Positions 30,845-39,971 of a stretch of 64,000 nt of DNA are shown one piece after another. Each line of letters starts with the position of its first letter. The stretch's first letter is position 1. The notes below the pieces were generated by a model that ran no database searches, was not told the DNA's origin, and saw only the letters and a program-made list of their open reading frames with translations. A program made the translations under genes and the position numbers. Origin of the DNA: a virus. The stretch lies in IMG/VR virus record IMGVR_UViG_3300017909_003024, positions 1,991-65,990 of that record; one strand, written 5' to 3'.

Positions 30845-33466
30845 TTAATATCCACCACCATAACCATCGGATGAATCACTGGTTACTCCACCAGAAGTTC
30901 CAGGTGAATAATTTGCCTGTAATTTCTTTGTTAATAAATATTTACCTGTTGGATTCTGTGAAAAATTGTTATAAGTTTCTACTGATCCTGTTACAAATGC
31001 ACCTGTCCAAAATGTTGTTCTACCCCAAGGATCACCTGAACTTACTGCTCCAAAACCTCTGGCAGCAGTTCCACCAGTTGCAGGTCTTTGATGTTGAATG
31101 GGTAAATCAACTTCCTCAGACCAAGATGTACCATTATATGAATGTGCTCTCTTTGCATCATGATAAGTTGGAAAAGTGTTACCCATTACTAAACCAGCAT
31201 TTTGACTATTTCCCATACCACCACCATTTTGGTGAATTTCTGGTAGTGCATTACTAGTAGACCAACTTACTCCATTCCATTCTTCTGTACAAGTACCACT
31301 AGTGTTTCCAGCTCCGCCAGCAGCAACAGCGGAGTTTGAAGGACCAAAACCAGATGTATAACCCCTTGTAGTAGTCATCGCTGGAGCAACACTTTGCCAT
31401 GTCGCACCATTCCAACACATAGTATGATGTCCTGGAGAATCAGTTCCACCCCAAAGAAGATGAGCATTTGCTGATCCCTTTGAAGCTCCTTTATTTCTGC
31501 CCGAATTAGGTATGGCAACAGTACATCTTGACCAAGATACACCATCCCATTCTTCATGCCAATCAGTATGACCTGGTACATTAGAAAAACCTGGAGCACC
31601 TACACCATTACCACCCGCAGTATCAAAGATAAATACCGCAGAATCAACTGTTCCAGCACCTTGATTTACATTACCAGTACTGTTTCCGTGTTTAGCAGTA
31701 TTAGATTTTGTATCGGAATAAGATATTCCATCAAATACCATACTACTTGTTGAATTATTACCACCACCAATTATAAAAGCATCTCTAGTACCAGCAGCTT
31801 GATATGTACCTCCAAGTTGAGAGGGTGGAGTTGGACCTTCTGTCCAAGTTCCAGCAACGGGAACCGTTGAACCAGTTTGAACGGTCATATTCAATCTACC
31901 GAAATTATCTACGAATAACTGCCCAGCTCTATCTCTGTATTTTTGGTCTTGCATAGAACTTGTAGCAGTAAATTGTTGGGTGCTTATCGCATGTCCTCTA
32001 CCAAATGTTGGTATAGTTATCCTTCCATGAGAATTTGATTTATATGAAGCACTTGCATAACTAACGTGATCCATAGAACCACTGATTGGTTTTCTCTTAC
32101 CAACCATTTCCTTTACAAATAATCTCTGAGATTTTATTTTATTGAAAGATCCTGTTGAAGTAGCAGAACCACTAATTGTTCCAGTAAATCCAAATCCTGA
32201 TTGAAAAGCTCCACTGATAGCAGCACCTAAGTTAGTTCCAAAACTATCAACTCTAACATAAGAACTATCCCAATTTTTAATTAAATTAGTTGATTCAAAA
32301 GTAAAAGTTCCACCTAAATTAAGTGACTGTACTCTGAGGGTAGAATCAGAAGAAGCACTGATTGTTCCACTGAAACCAAATCCTCCTTGAAAACTAGCAC
32401 TTATTTGAGAAGCAATTACACTTGAACCCGAAGCATGACCGGCTTCGTGACCAGTTACACCACTTACATCGGTAACACTCAAAGAATTAAAGTTCAATCT
32501 ATTGAAAGAACCCGTTGATGTTGCTGAACCACTGATGGAATTATCAAATTCAAATCCTTTGTTAAAACTTCCACTTATGTTAGATGCAAGTTGAGCAGAA
32601 CCACTTACAGAATTAGTTGGGATTGGTAATCCACTTACCTGTGAAGCATCACCAGTGATAGAATTTATATTATCTACCCTACCAAAAGATGCTGTTGAGG
32701 TAGCTGATCCACTTATTGTTCCTGCATAACCAAATCCACTTGTAAAACTTCCACTTATAGAGGAAGCAAGTTGAGCCGATGAAGAAATAAAACCAGCAAA
32801 ACTTGGTAAACCAGTTAATTCTGATGTATCAGAGACAGTTTGTTGTAATCCAACAGTAGGTCCCATAACAAATGCACCAAAAGAACCTGTTGAAGTACCA
32901 GAACCACTTATTACAGCCGTTTTTGTTGGAGTAAATCCACTTGTAAAAGCACCACTGACTTGTGTAGCAATTTGACCTGAACCACTTAGTTGACCAGGAG
33001 TTGCTGGTGGATCAAATAATTGAGCACCAGATCCCACATATGTATTAGCAACCACTTTTGTAAACGAACCAGTTGAAGTTACTGAACCTGATATATCACC
33101 AGTAACTTCAAATCCTGCAGTAAAAGCACCTGATATACGAGCTTGTAATTGTTTAGAACTTGATACATGACCAGTTTGATTTGTATTGGTCATTTGAGTC
33201 GCATCACCAACAAACTTTGTCGCGACAATTTTACCAAAAGAAGCAGTGGAGTTTAGTGAACTTGATAGATTACCCGTTAGGGTGAGATCACCACCGATGA
33301 TCATTGAATTTTCAACAGAGCTTACAGCAAATTTATTTACTTCTGACGAATTTCTTACTGAAAATAAATCATCAGCAGTTCCTTTTATTCTTGCAACATT
33401 ATTACCTAGATCAGTCTCGAAACCACTTGAGGTTGTGTTTAATACTACTATATCATGTTTTGCCAT
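30845..33466 (-). CDS. Tail fibre paralog with shaft repeats and one C-terminal Kelch-like domain
   Basis: N-terminus (DIVVLNTT) similar to the next gene. About six SAQ.A..ISG.F..GF repeats and a C-terminal EEW(D/N)GVSW block. Confidence 0.72.
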   Translation of the reverse strand: MAKHDIVVLNTTSSGFETDLGNNVARIKGTADDLFSVRNSSEVNKFAVSSVENSMIIGGDLTLTGNLSSSLNSTASFGKIVATKFVGDATQMTNTNQTGHVSSSKQLQARISGAFTAGFEVTGDISGSVTSTGSFTKVVANTYVGSGAQLFDPPATPGQLSGSGQIATQVSGAFTSGFTPTKTAVISGSGTSTGSFGAFVMGPTVGLQQTVSDTSELTGLPSFAGFISSSAQLASSISGSFTSGFGYAGTISGSATSTASFGRVDNINSITGDASQVSGLPIPTNSVSGSAQLASNISGSFNKGFEFDNSISGSATSTGSFNRLNFNSLSVTDVSGVTGHEAGHASGSSVIASQISASFQGGFGFSGTISASSDSTLRVQSLNLGGTFTFESTNLIKNWDSSYVRVDSFGTNLGAAISGAFQSGFGFTGTISGSATSTGSFNKIKSQRLFVKEMVGKRKPISGSMDHVSYASASYKSNSHGRITIPTFGRGHAISTQQFTATSSMQDQKYRDRAGQLFVDNFGRLNMTVQTGSTVPVAGTWTEGPTPPSQLGGTYQAAGTRDAFIIGGGNNSTSSMVFDGISYSDTKSNTAKHGNSTGNVNQGAGTVDSAVFIFDTAGGNGVGAPGFSNVPGHTDWHEEWDGVSWSRCTVAIPNSGRNKGASKGSANAHLLWGGTDSPGHHTMCWNGATWQSVAPAMTTTRGYTSGFGPSNSAVAAGGAGNTSGTCTEEWNGVSWSTSNALPEIHQNGGGMGNSQNAGLVMGNTFPTYHDAKRAHSYNGTSWSEEVDLPIQHQRPATGGTAARGFGAVSSGDPWGRTTFWTGAFVTGSVETYNNFSQNPTGKYLLTKKLQANYSPGTSGGVTSDSSDGYGGGY

Positions 33467-33512
33467 TCTAATTCGTGCCTATTTTGCTGGTGATCAAATA
33501 AACCTTATCAGT

Positions 33513-33521
33513 TATAAATAT
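33513..33521 (-). promoter_or_regulatory. Putative phage late promoter motif ATATTTATA
   Basis: Intergenic, upstream of the fibre gene starting at 33466. Confidence 0.6.
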
Positions 33522-33549
33522 AAGATTATTTTTGTTTCTATCAATCATA

Positions 33550-36500
33550 TTATCCATGTATACCTGATATCATTACAAAACCTGATTTGTAACTTCCACT
33601 AGATGAACTACCTGATATCCATAGAGAACCTGTTACTAATGGATCACTTGTTGGTAATCCAGCAAAATTTACATCACTGGCTTTTAGAGTTGTTACATCT
33701 ACAGTAGAAGCACTTACATTTAAATCAGTTGTATTCCATTCAATTTGTTTTTCACCATTTCCAACTTTGAAATGACCAGTTGTGTACCAATAGTTATTTG
33801 AATCAACAACAATACCATCACCAGTAGTTAGAAAAACAGTTTCACCCTCTTCATTTGTTGTGGTAAAACCTAAATCAATTATACTACCATCGGAACCTGT
33901 AGCAAATCTTGATACATTATCAGAACCACTGCTTGGTATACCACCTGTAAACTTACCAATGAACATACTACCAGTTGGACTGTTGATAAACATTTCACCA
34001 TCAAAAGAACCAGTTGAAGCAAATACCTGACCTTTATATTTTAAGTCTAAATTATCAAAAGTTAAAAACTTGTCAACACCATCACCTATTTTATAATATT
34101 TGTTATTATACCAATAGTTGTTGCTATCAATATGTATACCATCACCATCACCAGCAAGGACAACATTTCCATCTTCATCAACGGCAGTAAATCCTAAGTC
34201 AATTATACTTCCATCTGATCCTGTAGCAAATCTAGATACCTCTTCTGAACCACTAACGATCAAACCACTTGTAGATTTACCAATTCTCATTAGGTTTTCA
34301 TTAGTTCTTACATGAAGATCACCTTCAATTGAACCAGTTTGAATAAAAACCTTGCCATCTAATTGAACAGCAGAACTAGCAGTAATAACATTTGTGAAAG
34401 TTGTTATTGGATCTATGGTTAGTGATTGATGACCACCCAAAGCAACAACATTTACTCTACCAAATGAAGCAGTAGAGGTCATTGAACTACTGACATGAGC
34501 ACTTGAAGTTATAGAATGAATGAAAGTTGTATTCGCATCAATTACAATTGGACTATGACCACCGAGAGTTGTTACCGAAACCCTACCAAAAGAACCAGTA
34601 GATGATAATGACATACTGATGTGTCCACTACCTGTAATATTTGTAAACTCTAACTCACCATTGAGTATCTTACTACCAGTTCCTTCGTTTTTTGTTACCC
34701 TTGTGGAGAAACTACCACTGTCTGTTTTTAGATTAGTGACACGAGTTGAAAAAGAACCTGAATCTGTTTTTAGATTAGTGACACGAGTTGAAAAAGAACC
34801 TGAATCTGTTTTTAGATTAGTGACACGAGTTGAAAAAGAACCTGAATCTGTTTTTAAATCTGTTACCCTTGTTGAAAAACTACCACTGTCTGATTTAAGG
34901 TTTGTTACACGAGTTGAAAATGAACCACTATCGGCTTGTAAATTAGTTATATTACTGGCAAAACTTGCACTTGCTACGGCAAAAGCACCACTGATGTTTG
35001 AAGCAATTTGTGCTGAACCTGATAGAGCACCATTGAATATACCTGTAAACTGTGAACCACTAAAATGTGTGGCTTCTAATGTATCAGAAAATCTACCAGT
35101 TCCGTTTACATCTAACCGATACCCAGCATCAGTTGTGGTATTAATCCCAATATGTCCATTAGTATGAATAATTGCTTTAGTTCCACCAGCTGGTGCAATT
35201 CTAAAAGCACCACCATAAAATTCAAGATAATTAAAACCATTTGAATCAGCATACATTTGAAAATAATTATGAGCAGTAGTAGTTCTCATGATTCTAAGTC
35301 TACCATGATTTCTAATATCTATGGACGGATTAGCACCACTATCTACCACTATTGTATCTGCTTGAACATTACCAAAAGAACCAGTTGATGCTGCTGAACC
35401 ACTGAAAAGAGTTTCTGTTCCAGCAGCACCTAAGAATGTTGATAACTCAGAACCATTTTGTAATACCAATCCAAACGAACCAGTTGAAGTTGATGAACCA
35501 CTTACTCCCATAGGTGTTTGTATAACTCCTGTGGAATCAACAATTATTCTTGAAGCAGCTGCAGTTCCATCAAATAGATGTAACGCACCACTACCTCCAA
35601 ATAAAGTATTATCACCATCATTTTGAAAAATCCAAAGTCTTGAATTATTCTGTAATTTTAAGTTAGCATCTCTACCAGTACCTCCTGTAATATGAATAGT
35701 GCCATGACCAGTAGTTGATAAATCCATCTGATTACCATCAAATGTTAAAGTAGATTCAGCATCTAATTCACTCGTAGTCGCACCTATTGTTACAAGTCTA
35801 TTTTCTGTAGCATTATTTATCGCAGATACAGGTAAATTACTTATATCACTACCATCACCTAATATCTTTCCAAACGAACCAGTTGAGGTAGCTGAACCAC
35901 TGATTGTTCCGTTGAACTCAAAACCACTGGTAAAAGCTCCACTGATTTGACTTGCTAATTGTGCTGATCCACTGATCAGTGTATTCTCTAATTCTGTTTC
36001 AGCAGTTTGTAATCTAGAGGATAAACTACTTGATACTGTATCGAAAGCACCACTGATTTGTGTAGCAATTTGAGCAGAACCACTGATTAAGGTAAGCTCT
36101 AATTCTGTTTCAGCAGTTGTTATTCTAGTTGAGAATGAAGCAGAATCAGAAACTAGATTTGTTATTCTTGTTGAAAAACTACCTGAATCAGTTTTTAGAT
36201 TAGTAACTCTTGTTGAAAATGAACCACTGTCTGTTTGTAGAGCATCTATGTTACCCTCTTCCGTGGTAAGTCTTGTAGATACACTAGAGCTATCAGCAGT
36301 TAGGTTCTCAGCAGTGAGATTACCTTTTACAAGTATTGAACCTGTAAATTCATGTGTATCATCTGAAGTATCACCAAACTTTGTACTTCCACTTGTGAAT
36401 ATAATTGAAGCACTTTCGATCTCTGTGTGTATTTCTTGAGCAGTTAGTCTACCACCAACCACCATATTACCAGTAACAGATGCATCACTAGAGATATTTA

Positions 36501-36606
36501 AATTACCAAAAGAACCAGTTGAAGCATTAGAACCACTGACATCTCCTTTCTTTAGGATCAAATCATGATTTAAAATATTCTTACCGATATATTTTAAATT
36601 AGCCAT
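33550..36606 (-). CDS. Tail fibre/virion structural protein with 14-aa coiled-coil repeats
   Basis: SGSTKFGDTSDDTHEFTGS, DSGSFSTRVTNLK repeats, YRLDVNGTG, duplicated SRFATGSDGSIIDLGF..NNYWY unit. Confidence 0.7.
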   Translation of the reverse strand: MANLKYIGKNILNHDLILKKGDVSGSNASTGSFGNLNISSDASVTGNMVVGGRLTAQEIHTEIESASIIFTSGSTKFGDTSDDTHEFTGSILVKGNLTAENLTADSSSVSTRLTTEEGNIDALQTDSGSFSTRVTNLKTDSGSFSTRITNLVSDSASFSTRITTAETELELTLISGSAQIATQISGAFDTVSSSLSSRLQTAETELENTLISGSAQLASQISGAFTSGFEFNGTISGSATSTGSFGKILGDGSDISNLPVSAINNATENRLVTIGATTSELDAESTLTFDGNQMDLSTTGHGTIHITGGTGRDANLKLQNNSRLWIFQNDGDNTLFGGSGALHLFDGTAAASRIIVDSTGVIQTPMGVSGSSTSTGSFGLVLQNGSELSTFLGAAGTETLFSGSAASTGSFGNVQADTIVVDSGANPSIDIRNHGRLRIMRTTTAHNYFQMYADSNGFNYLEFYGGAFRIAPAGGTKAIIHTNGHIGINTTTDAGYRLDVNGTGRFSDTLEATHFSGSQFTGIFNGALSGSAQIASNISGAFAVASASFASNITNLQADSGSFSTRVTNLKSDSGSFSTRVTDLKTDSGSFSTRVTNLKTDSGSFSTRVTNLKTDSGSFSTRVTNLKTDSGSFSTRVTKNEGTGSKILNGELEFTNITGSGHISMSLSSTGSFGRVSVTTLGGHSPIVIDANTTFIHSITSSAHVSSSMTSTASFGRVNVVALGGHQSLTIDPITTFTNVITASSAVQLDGKVFIQTGSIEGDLHVRTNENLMRIGKSTSGLIVSGSEEVSRFATGSDGSIIDLGFTAVDEDGNVVLAGDGDGIHIDSNNYWYNNKYYKIGDGVDKFLTFDNLDLKYKGQVFASTGSFDGEMFINSPTGSMFIGKFTGGIPSSGSDNVSRFATGSDGSIIDLGFTTTNEEGETVFLTTGDGIVVDSNNYWYTTGHFKVGNGEKQIEWNTTDLNVSASTVDVTTLKASDVNFAGLPTSDPLVTGSLWISGSSSSGSYKSGFVMISGIHG
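34721..34856. repeat. Exact 42-bp tandem repeat (3 copies plus partial) within six 14-aa units
   Basis: tctgtttttagattagtgacacgagttgaaaaagaacctgaa at 34721, 34763 and 34805, with degenerate copies on both sides. Confidence 0.95.
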
Positions 36607-36607
36607 A

Positions 36608-36931
36608 CTATGTCATCTCTAAAACACTGGCAAATGCCTGTAGATCACCAGCAGCCGAAGCCTTGACTTTCAAAATATCATTTGCTTCTAAGTTGATTGG
36701 TTTTTCAATCACCAAACTTGAGTCTGCTGGTACATCAACTGTTTTCATTATGTAGAAATCAGAACCTGCACTGGTATCTGTAACTAAGACATCCACAGTA
36801 GCATCATTTGTCCCATCTACATTACTGATGTAAACAGCATGTACAACTGTAGTTGTAGCTGCTGGACATGTGTAGAGTGTTGTATTGGTATTTCCAATAG
36901 CCACTCCAGCATTTTTAAATACGTTTGCCAT
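36608..36931 (-). CDS. Small beta-rich virion structural protein
   Basis: MANVFKNAG...TLYTCPA...NVDG...VPADSSL...LEANDILKV...SVLE, a pattern typical of small phage fibre-associated proteins. Confidence 0.65.
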   Translation of the reverse strand: MANVFKNAGVAIGNTNTTLYTCPAATTTVVHAVYISNVDGTNDATVDVLVTDTSAGSDFYIMKTVDVPADSSLVIEKPINLEANDILKVKASAAGDLQAFASVLEMT

Positions 36932-36932
36932 A

Positions 36933-37736
36933 TTATCCTCCGAAAACTATTGCCATAGCCGTAGCATGATCTATGACACTTGTATTCTTTTCAAAAATTC
37001 TTCCATCAGAATGAATGTCTCCACTTGCACTGATGTTTCCACTAGCTGTGATATTTGTAAAAACAAAATCACCTTCTAAGATAGCACTACCTGATGCTTC
37101 TGACAATGTAACCCTATCAGAAAAACTACCTGAGTCTGTTTTTAAATCCGTTACTCTTGTTGAAAATGATCCACTATCTGTTTTTAAATTAGTTACTCTT
37201 GTAGAAAAACTTGCACTGTCTACTTGTAAAGCATCAACATTTTCCTCTTCAGTTGTCAATCTTGTACTAATAGAAGAACTATCAGTAGTTATTCTCGTTG
37301 AAAAACTAGCACTATCTGCTAATAAATTAGTTCCAAAAATATTTCCACTTGAACTGATATCAGATGAAGCAGTGATATTTGTAGATGATACTTGTTCAAT
37401 ATGACCTACTTTCCAATTCTTAGTACTTGTACCTATGTCAAAAGTTGAGTCAGCATTAGGAACTAAATTAGATGTAAGATCAGCAGCAATCGTAAGAGAA
37501 TCTGTATCAGCATCACCTATGTTGATGTTTCCACCTATGGTGACATCACCTGTAAGACTTGAATCGCCAGCTATTTCTAACCTACCAAAAGAACCCGTTG
37601 ATGTTACAGAACCACTTATACTTCCACTTACGGTAGCAAAGTGTCCGATATCAGCAACAACCACTCCCCATGGTTTTGCTGATGTTCCGATCTGCCCCTC
37701 AGAACCACTTCTTGGTACAAAATTTCTAGTTGCCAT
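36933..37736 (-). CDS. Fibre-like virion structural protein
   Basis: GDADTDSL, PNADSTFDIGT..KNW, DSGSFSTRVT repeats, C-terminal AMAIVFGG. Confidence 0.65.
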   Translation of the reverse strand: MATRNFVPRSGSEGQIGTSAKPWGVVVADIGHFATVSGSISGSVTSTGSFGRLEIAGDSSLTGDVTIGGNINIGDADTDSLTIAADLTSNLVPNADSTFDIGTSTKNWKVGHIEQVSSTNITASSDISSSGNIFGTNLLADSASFSTRITTDSSSISTRLTTEEENVDALQVDSASFSTRVTNLKTDSGSFSTRVTDLKTDSGSFSDRVTLSEASGSAILEGDFVFTNITASGNISASGDIHSDGRIFEKNTSVIDHATAMAIVFGG

Positions 37737-37770
37737 ATCTTCTCATTCTAGTTACATTGATGGTATATAG

Positions 37771-37778
37771 ATAAATAT
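37771..37778 (-). promoter_or_regulatory. Putative phage late promoter motif ATATTTAT
   Basis: Intergenic, upstream of the gene starting at 37736. Confidence 0.5.
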
Positions 37779-37781
37779 CTA

Positions 37782-39971
37782 CTAATCTGAGAAATAGTCA
37801 TCAGGAAATAAAGTCCATAACTCTCTATTTCGTAATTGTAAATCTCCGTTCTCATCTAAATCCCATTTGGTATCAACTATGTATTTATTCATAGGTGATG
37901 GTTGAAAATCTCCATTTGAATCTAACTCAAATGCTTCTGCTAAGTTTCTACTGAAATGTTCTCGTATATCCAATCCATCTTTTTTTATCATTCCAAATGA
38001 ACCAGTTGATGTTATAGATGTTGTCACATCTCCATCTACTTGTAAATTTTTACTAGCAGTAATATCACCACTGGCACTAATATGACCATCAGCAAATATT
38101 CTCAATCTTTCTGCTCCAGCAGTAAAGAATTTGAGTTCATCATTATCAGCACCAGCAGAATTTTCAGCAGTTATGAGTGTATCTTTATCAACATCAGTCA
38201 TTCCACCTAATGAACCCCAATTATTACCATCATATCCCTCATAGGTTTGAACATCTGTGTTGAATCTAATTTCACCAACAACAGCATCTCCACTTCTTTG
38301 TGCATTATTACCAACAGGTATTATCAATCCATCTGAAGCACTGATGTGAACCGTAGCTAATGGACTAAGCGTCCCCACACCTAATTTACTAGCACCATGT
38401 ATGTGGTGAAAAGAAGCAGTTGTTTCATTAGAACCACTGATTATATCAGTCGTAAATTTCCATTGTGTTGTTTCATTAGCCTGTATTTTGAATAATTCAT
38501 TTACATTATTGGCAAAATTAGTATTTAATATAGAACCACCAGATGCTAGATTTAGATAAGTATAAAGTGCATTATTCGTATAATGTCTGTATTGAATTCT
38601 AGCTTGATTTCCTTTTAGTGTTACATTTGTTCTATCAGAACTACTCGTACCAAAGAATATCTCATTACCTCTTAAAGCTAATGATCCTGTTATTTCATGG
38701 ATATCATCACTAGAATCTCCAAACTTTGTGCTTCCACTTGTAAAGACAATTGACGAACTTACAATTTCTGTGTGAAATTCTTGAGCAGTTACTTTTCCAT
38801 CTACTACTAAATCACCATCAACTCTAACATCACTACTAGCAGTTAAAGTTACAACAGATGGATTTGTTAATCTATCGGAAAAACTGGCACTGTCTACTTG
38901 TAAAGCATCTACATTAGCCTCTTCTGTAGTTAGTCGAGATGAAATACTAGAACTATCAGTGGTTCTCATTGAAGATATAGACGATGAAAATTCTATTAGA
39001 TTTGGATTACTCAATCCAGCAACAGTAAGATATCCAAATGAACCTGTTGATGTTGCAGAACCGCTAACTAGTTCAACATTACCTGTAGTAAAATTTGTAA
39101 TTCTTGTAGAAAAACTTCCACTATCTGTTTTAAGATTAGTTACTCTTGTAGAAAAACTTGAACTATCAGCAGTTAAATTATCTGCATTGACATTACCAGT
39201 TACACTAACCGAATCTTTAAAATCAATCGTGTCCCCACCAGTTACAGATTCAAAGGCATCAGCTCTAACAACACCACTAGCAGTAATATTACCAGCCACA
39301 ACCAAATGTCCAAATGAACCAGTTGAACTAGCAGAACCACTTATATCACCTGTTAACTCAATACCATCAGCAAGAGTCTTACCAACATATTGGTTAACAG
39401 ACATATAAACATATTGTGAATTTGATGGATCAACTGTACCATCGGTAAATTGTAAAACACCTGTCTTGTAATCAAATTGATAATTATTAACTGATATTAC
39501 ATCACTATCGGATACAGAAGCAGAATTAGCAGCAGTTGATATAAATACTTTTGCTAGATATCCAGGTGTATCGTCTTCAGCAGTAGCATTTGCTAATGTA
39601 GAGTCTGAATATTTAGGTGATATAAAACTAGTCTGTTGATTGCTATCAATTAACTGAGCACCAATACCACTCGCACTACCTGTTGGATTTAAAAAGAACC
39701 AAACTTCATTATTAAGATTTGATTTTGTTAATTTATGACGATAATAATATCTTAATATATTATCCCCATTAACAGTATAAAAAGAACCATTTTGTGAACT
39801 ACCACTAAATGGTAAACTACCAGATGGAATCTTATGAGCTTGAGTATATACCTCAGATGCTTGTAAATCCAATACATTTGTAAACGATTCTTGAGCATCT
39901 GTAAACGCATCATGAGTATATCTACGAGAGGCTAACAGTCGATTCGATTTTTTCTCTTTATCTATTGCCAT
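37782..39971 (-). CDS. Virion structural (baseplate/fibre) protein
   Basis: FDYKTGVLQF, SGSTKFGDSSDDIH, GEIRFNTDVQTYEGYDGNNWGSLGG, DVDKDTLITAE..ADNDELKFF, resembling T4-like cyanophage structural proteins. Confidence 0.68.
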   Translation of the reverse strand: MAIDKEKKSNRLLASRRYTHDAFTDAQESFTNVLDLQASEVYTQAHKIPSGSLPFSGSSQNGSFYTVNGDNILRYYYRHKLTKSNLNNEVWFFLNPTGSASGIGAQLIDSNQQTSFISPKYSDSTLANATAEDDTPGYLAKVFISTAANSASVSDSDVISVNNYQFDYKTGVLQFTDGTVDPSNSQYVYMSVNQYVGKTLADGIELTGDISGSASSTGSFGHLVVAGNITASGVVRADAFESVTGGDTIDFKDSVSVTGNVNADNLTADSSSFSTRVTNLKTDSGSFSTRITNFTTGNVELVSGSATSTGSFGYLTVAGLSNPNLIEFSSSISSMRTTDSSSISSRLTTEEANVDALQVDSASFSDRLTNPSVVTLTASSDVRVDGDLVVDGKVTAQEFHTEIVSSSIVFTSGSTKFGDSSDDIHEITGSLALRGNEIFFGTSSSDRTNVTLKGNQARIQYRHYTNNALYTYLNLASGGSILNTNFANNVNELFKIQANETTQWKFTTDIISGSNETTASFHHIHGASKLGVGTLSPLATVHISASDGLIIPVGNNAQRSGDAVVGEIRFNTDVQTYEGYDGNNWGSLGGMTDVDKDTLITAENSAGADNDELKFFTAGAERLRIFADGHISASGDITASKNLQVDGDVTTSITSTGSFGMIKKDGLDIREHFSRNLAEAFELDSNGDFQPSPMNKYIVDTKWDLDENGDLQLRNRELWTLFPDDYFSD

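Noticed and set aside
20515-33466. Diversity-generating retroelement or invertase shufflon acting on the fibre repeats
   Set aside because: No reverse transcriptase or recombinase in the window, no near-identical TR/VR pair with adenine-specific differences seen, and all repeats are direct and in frame.
34721-34856. Tandem repeat as a possible CRISPR array
   Set aside because: No spacers; in-frame 42-bp coding repeat; no cas genes.
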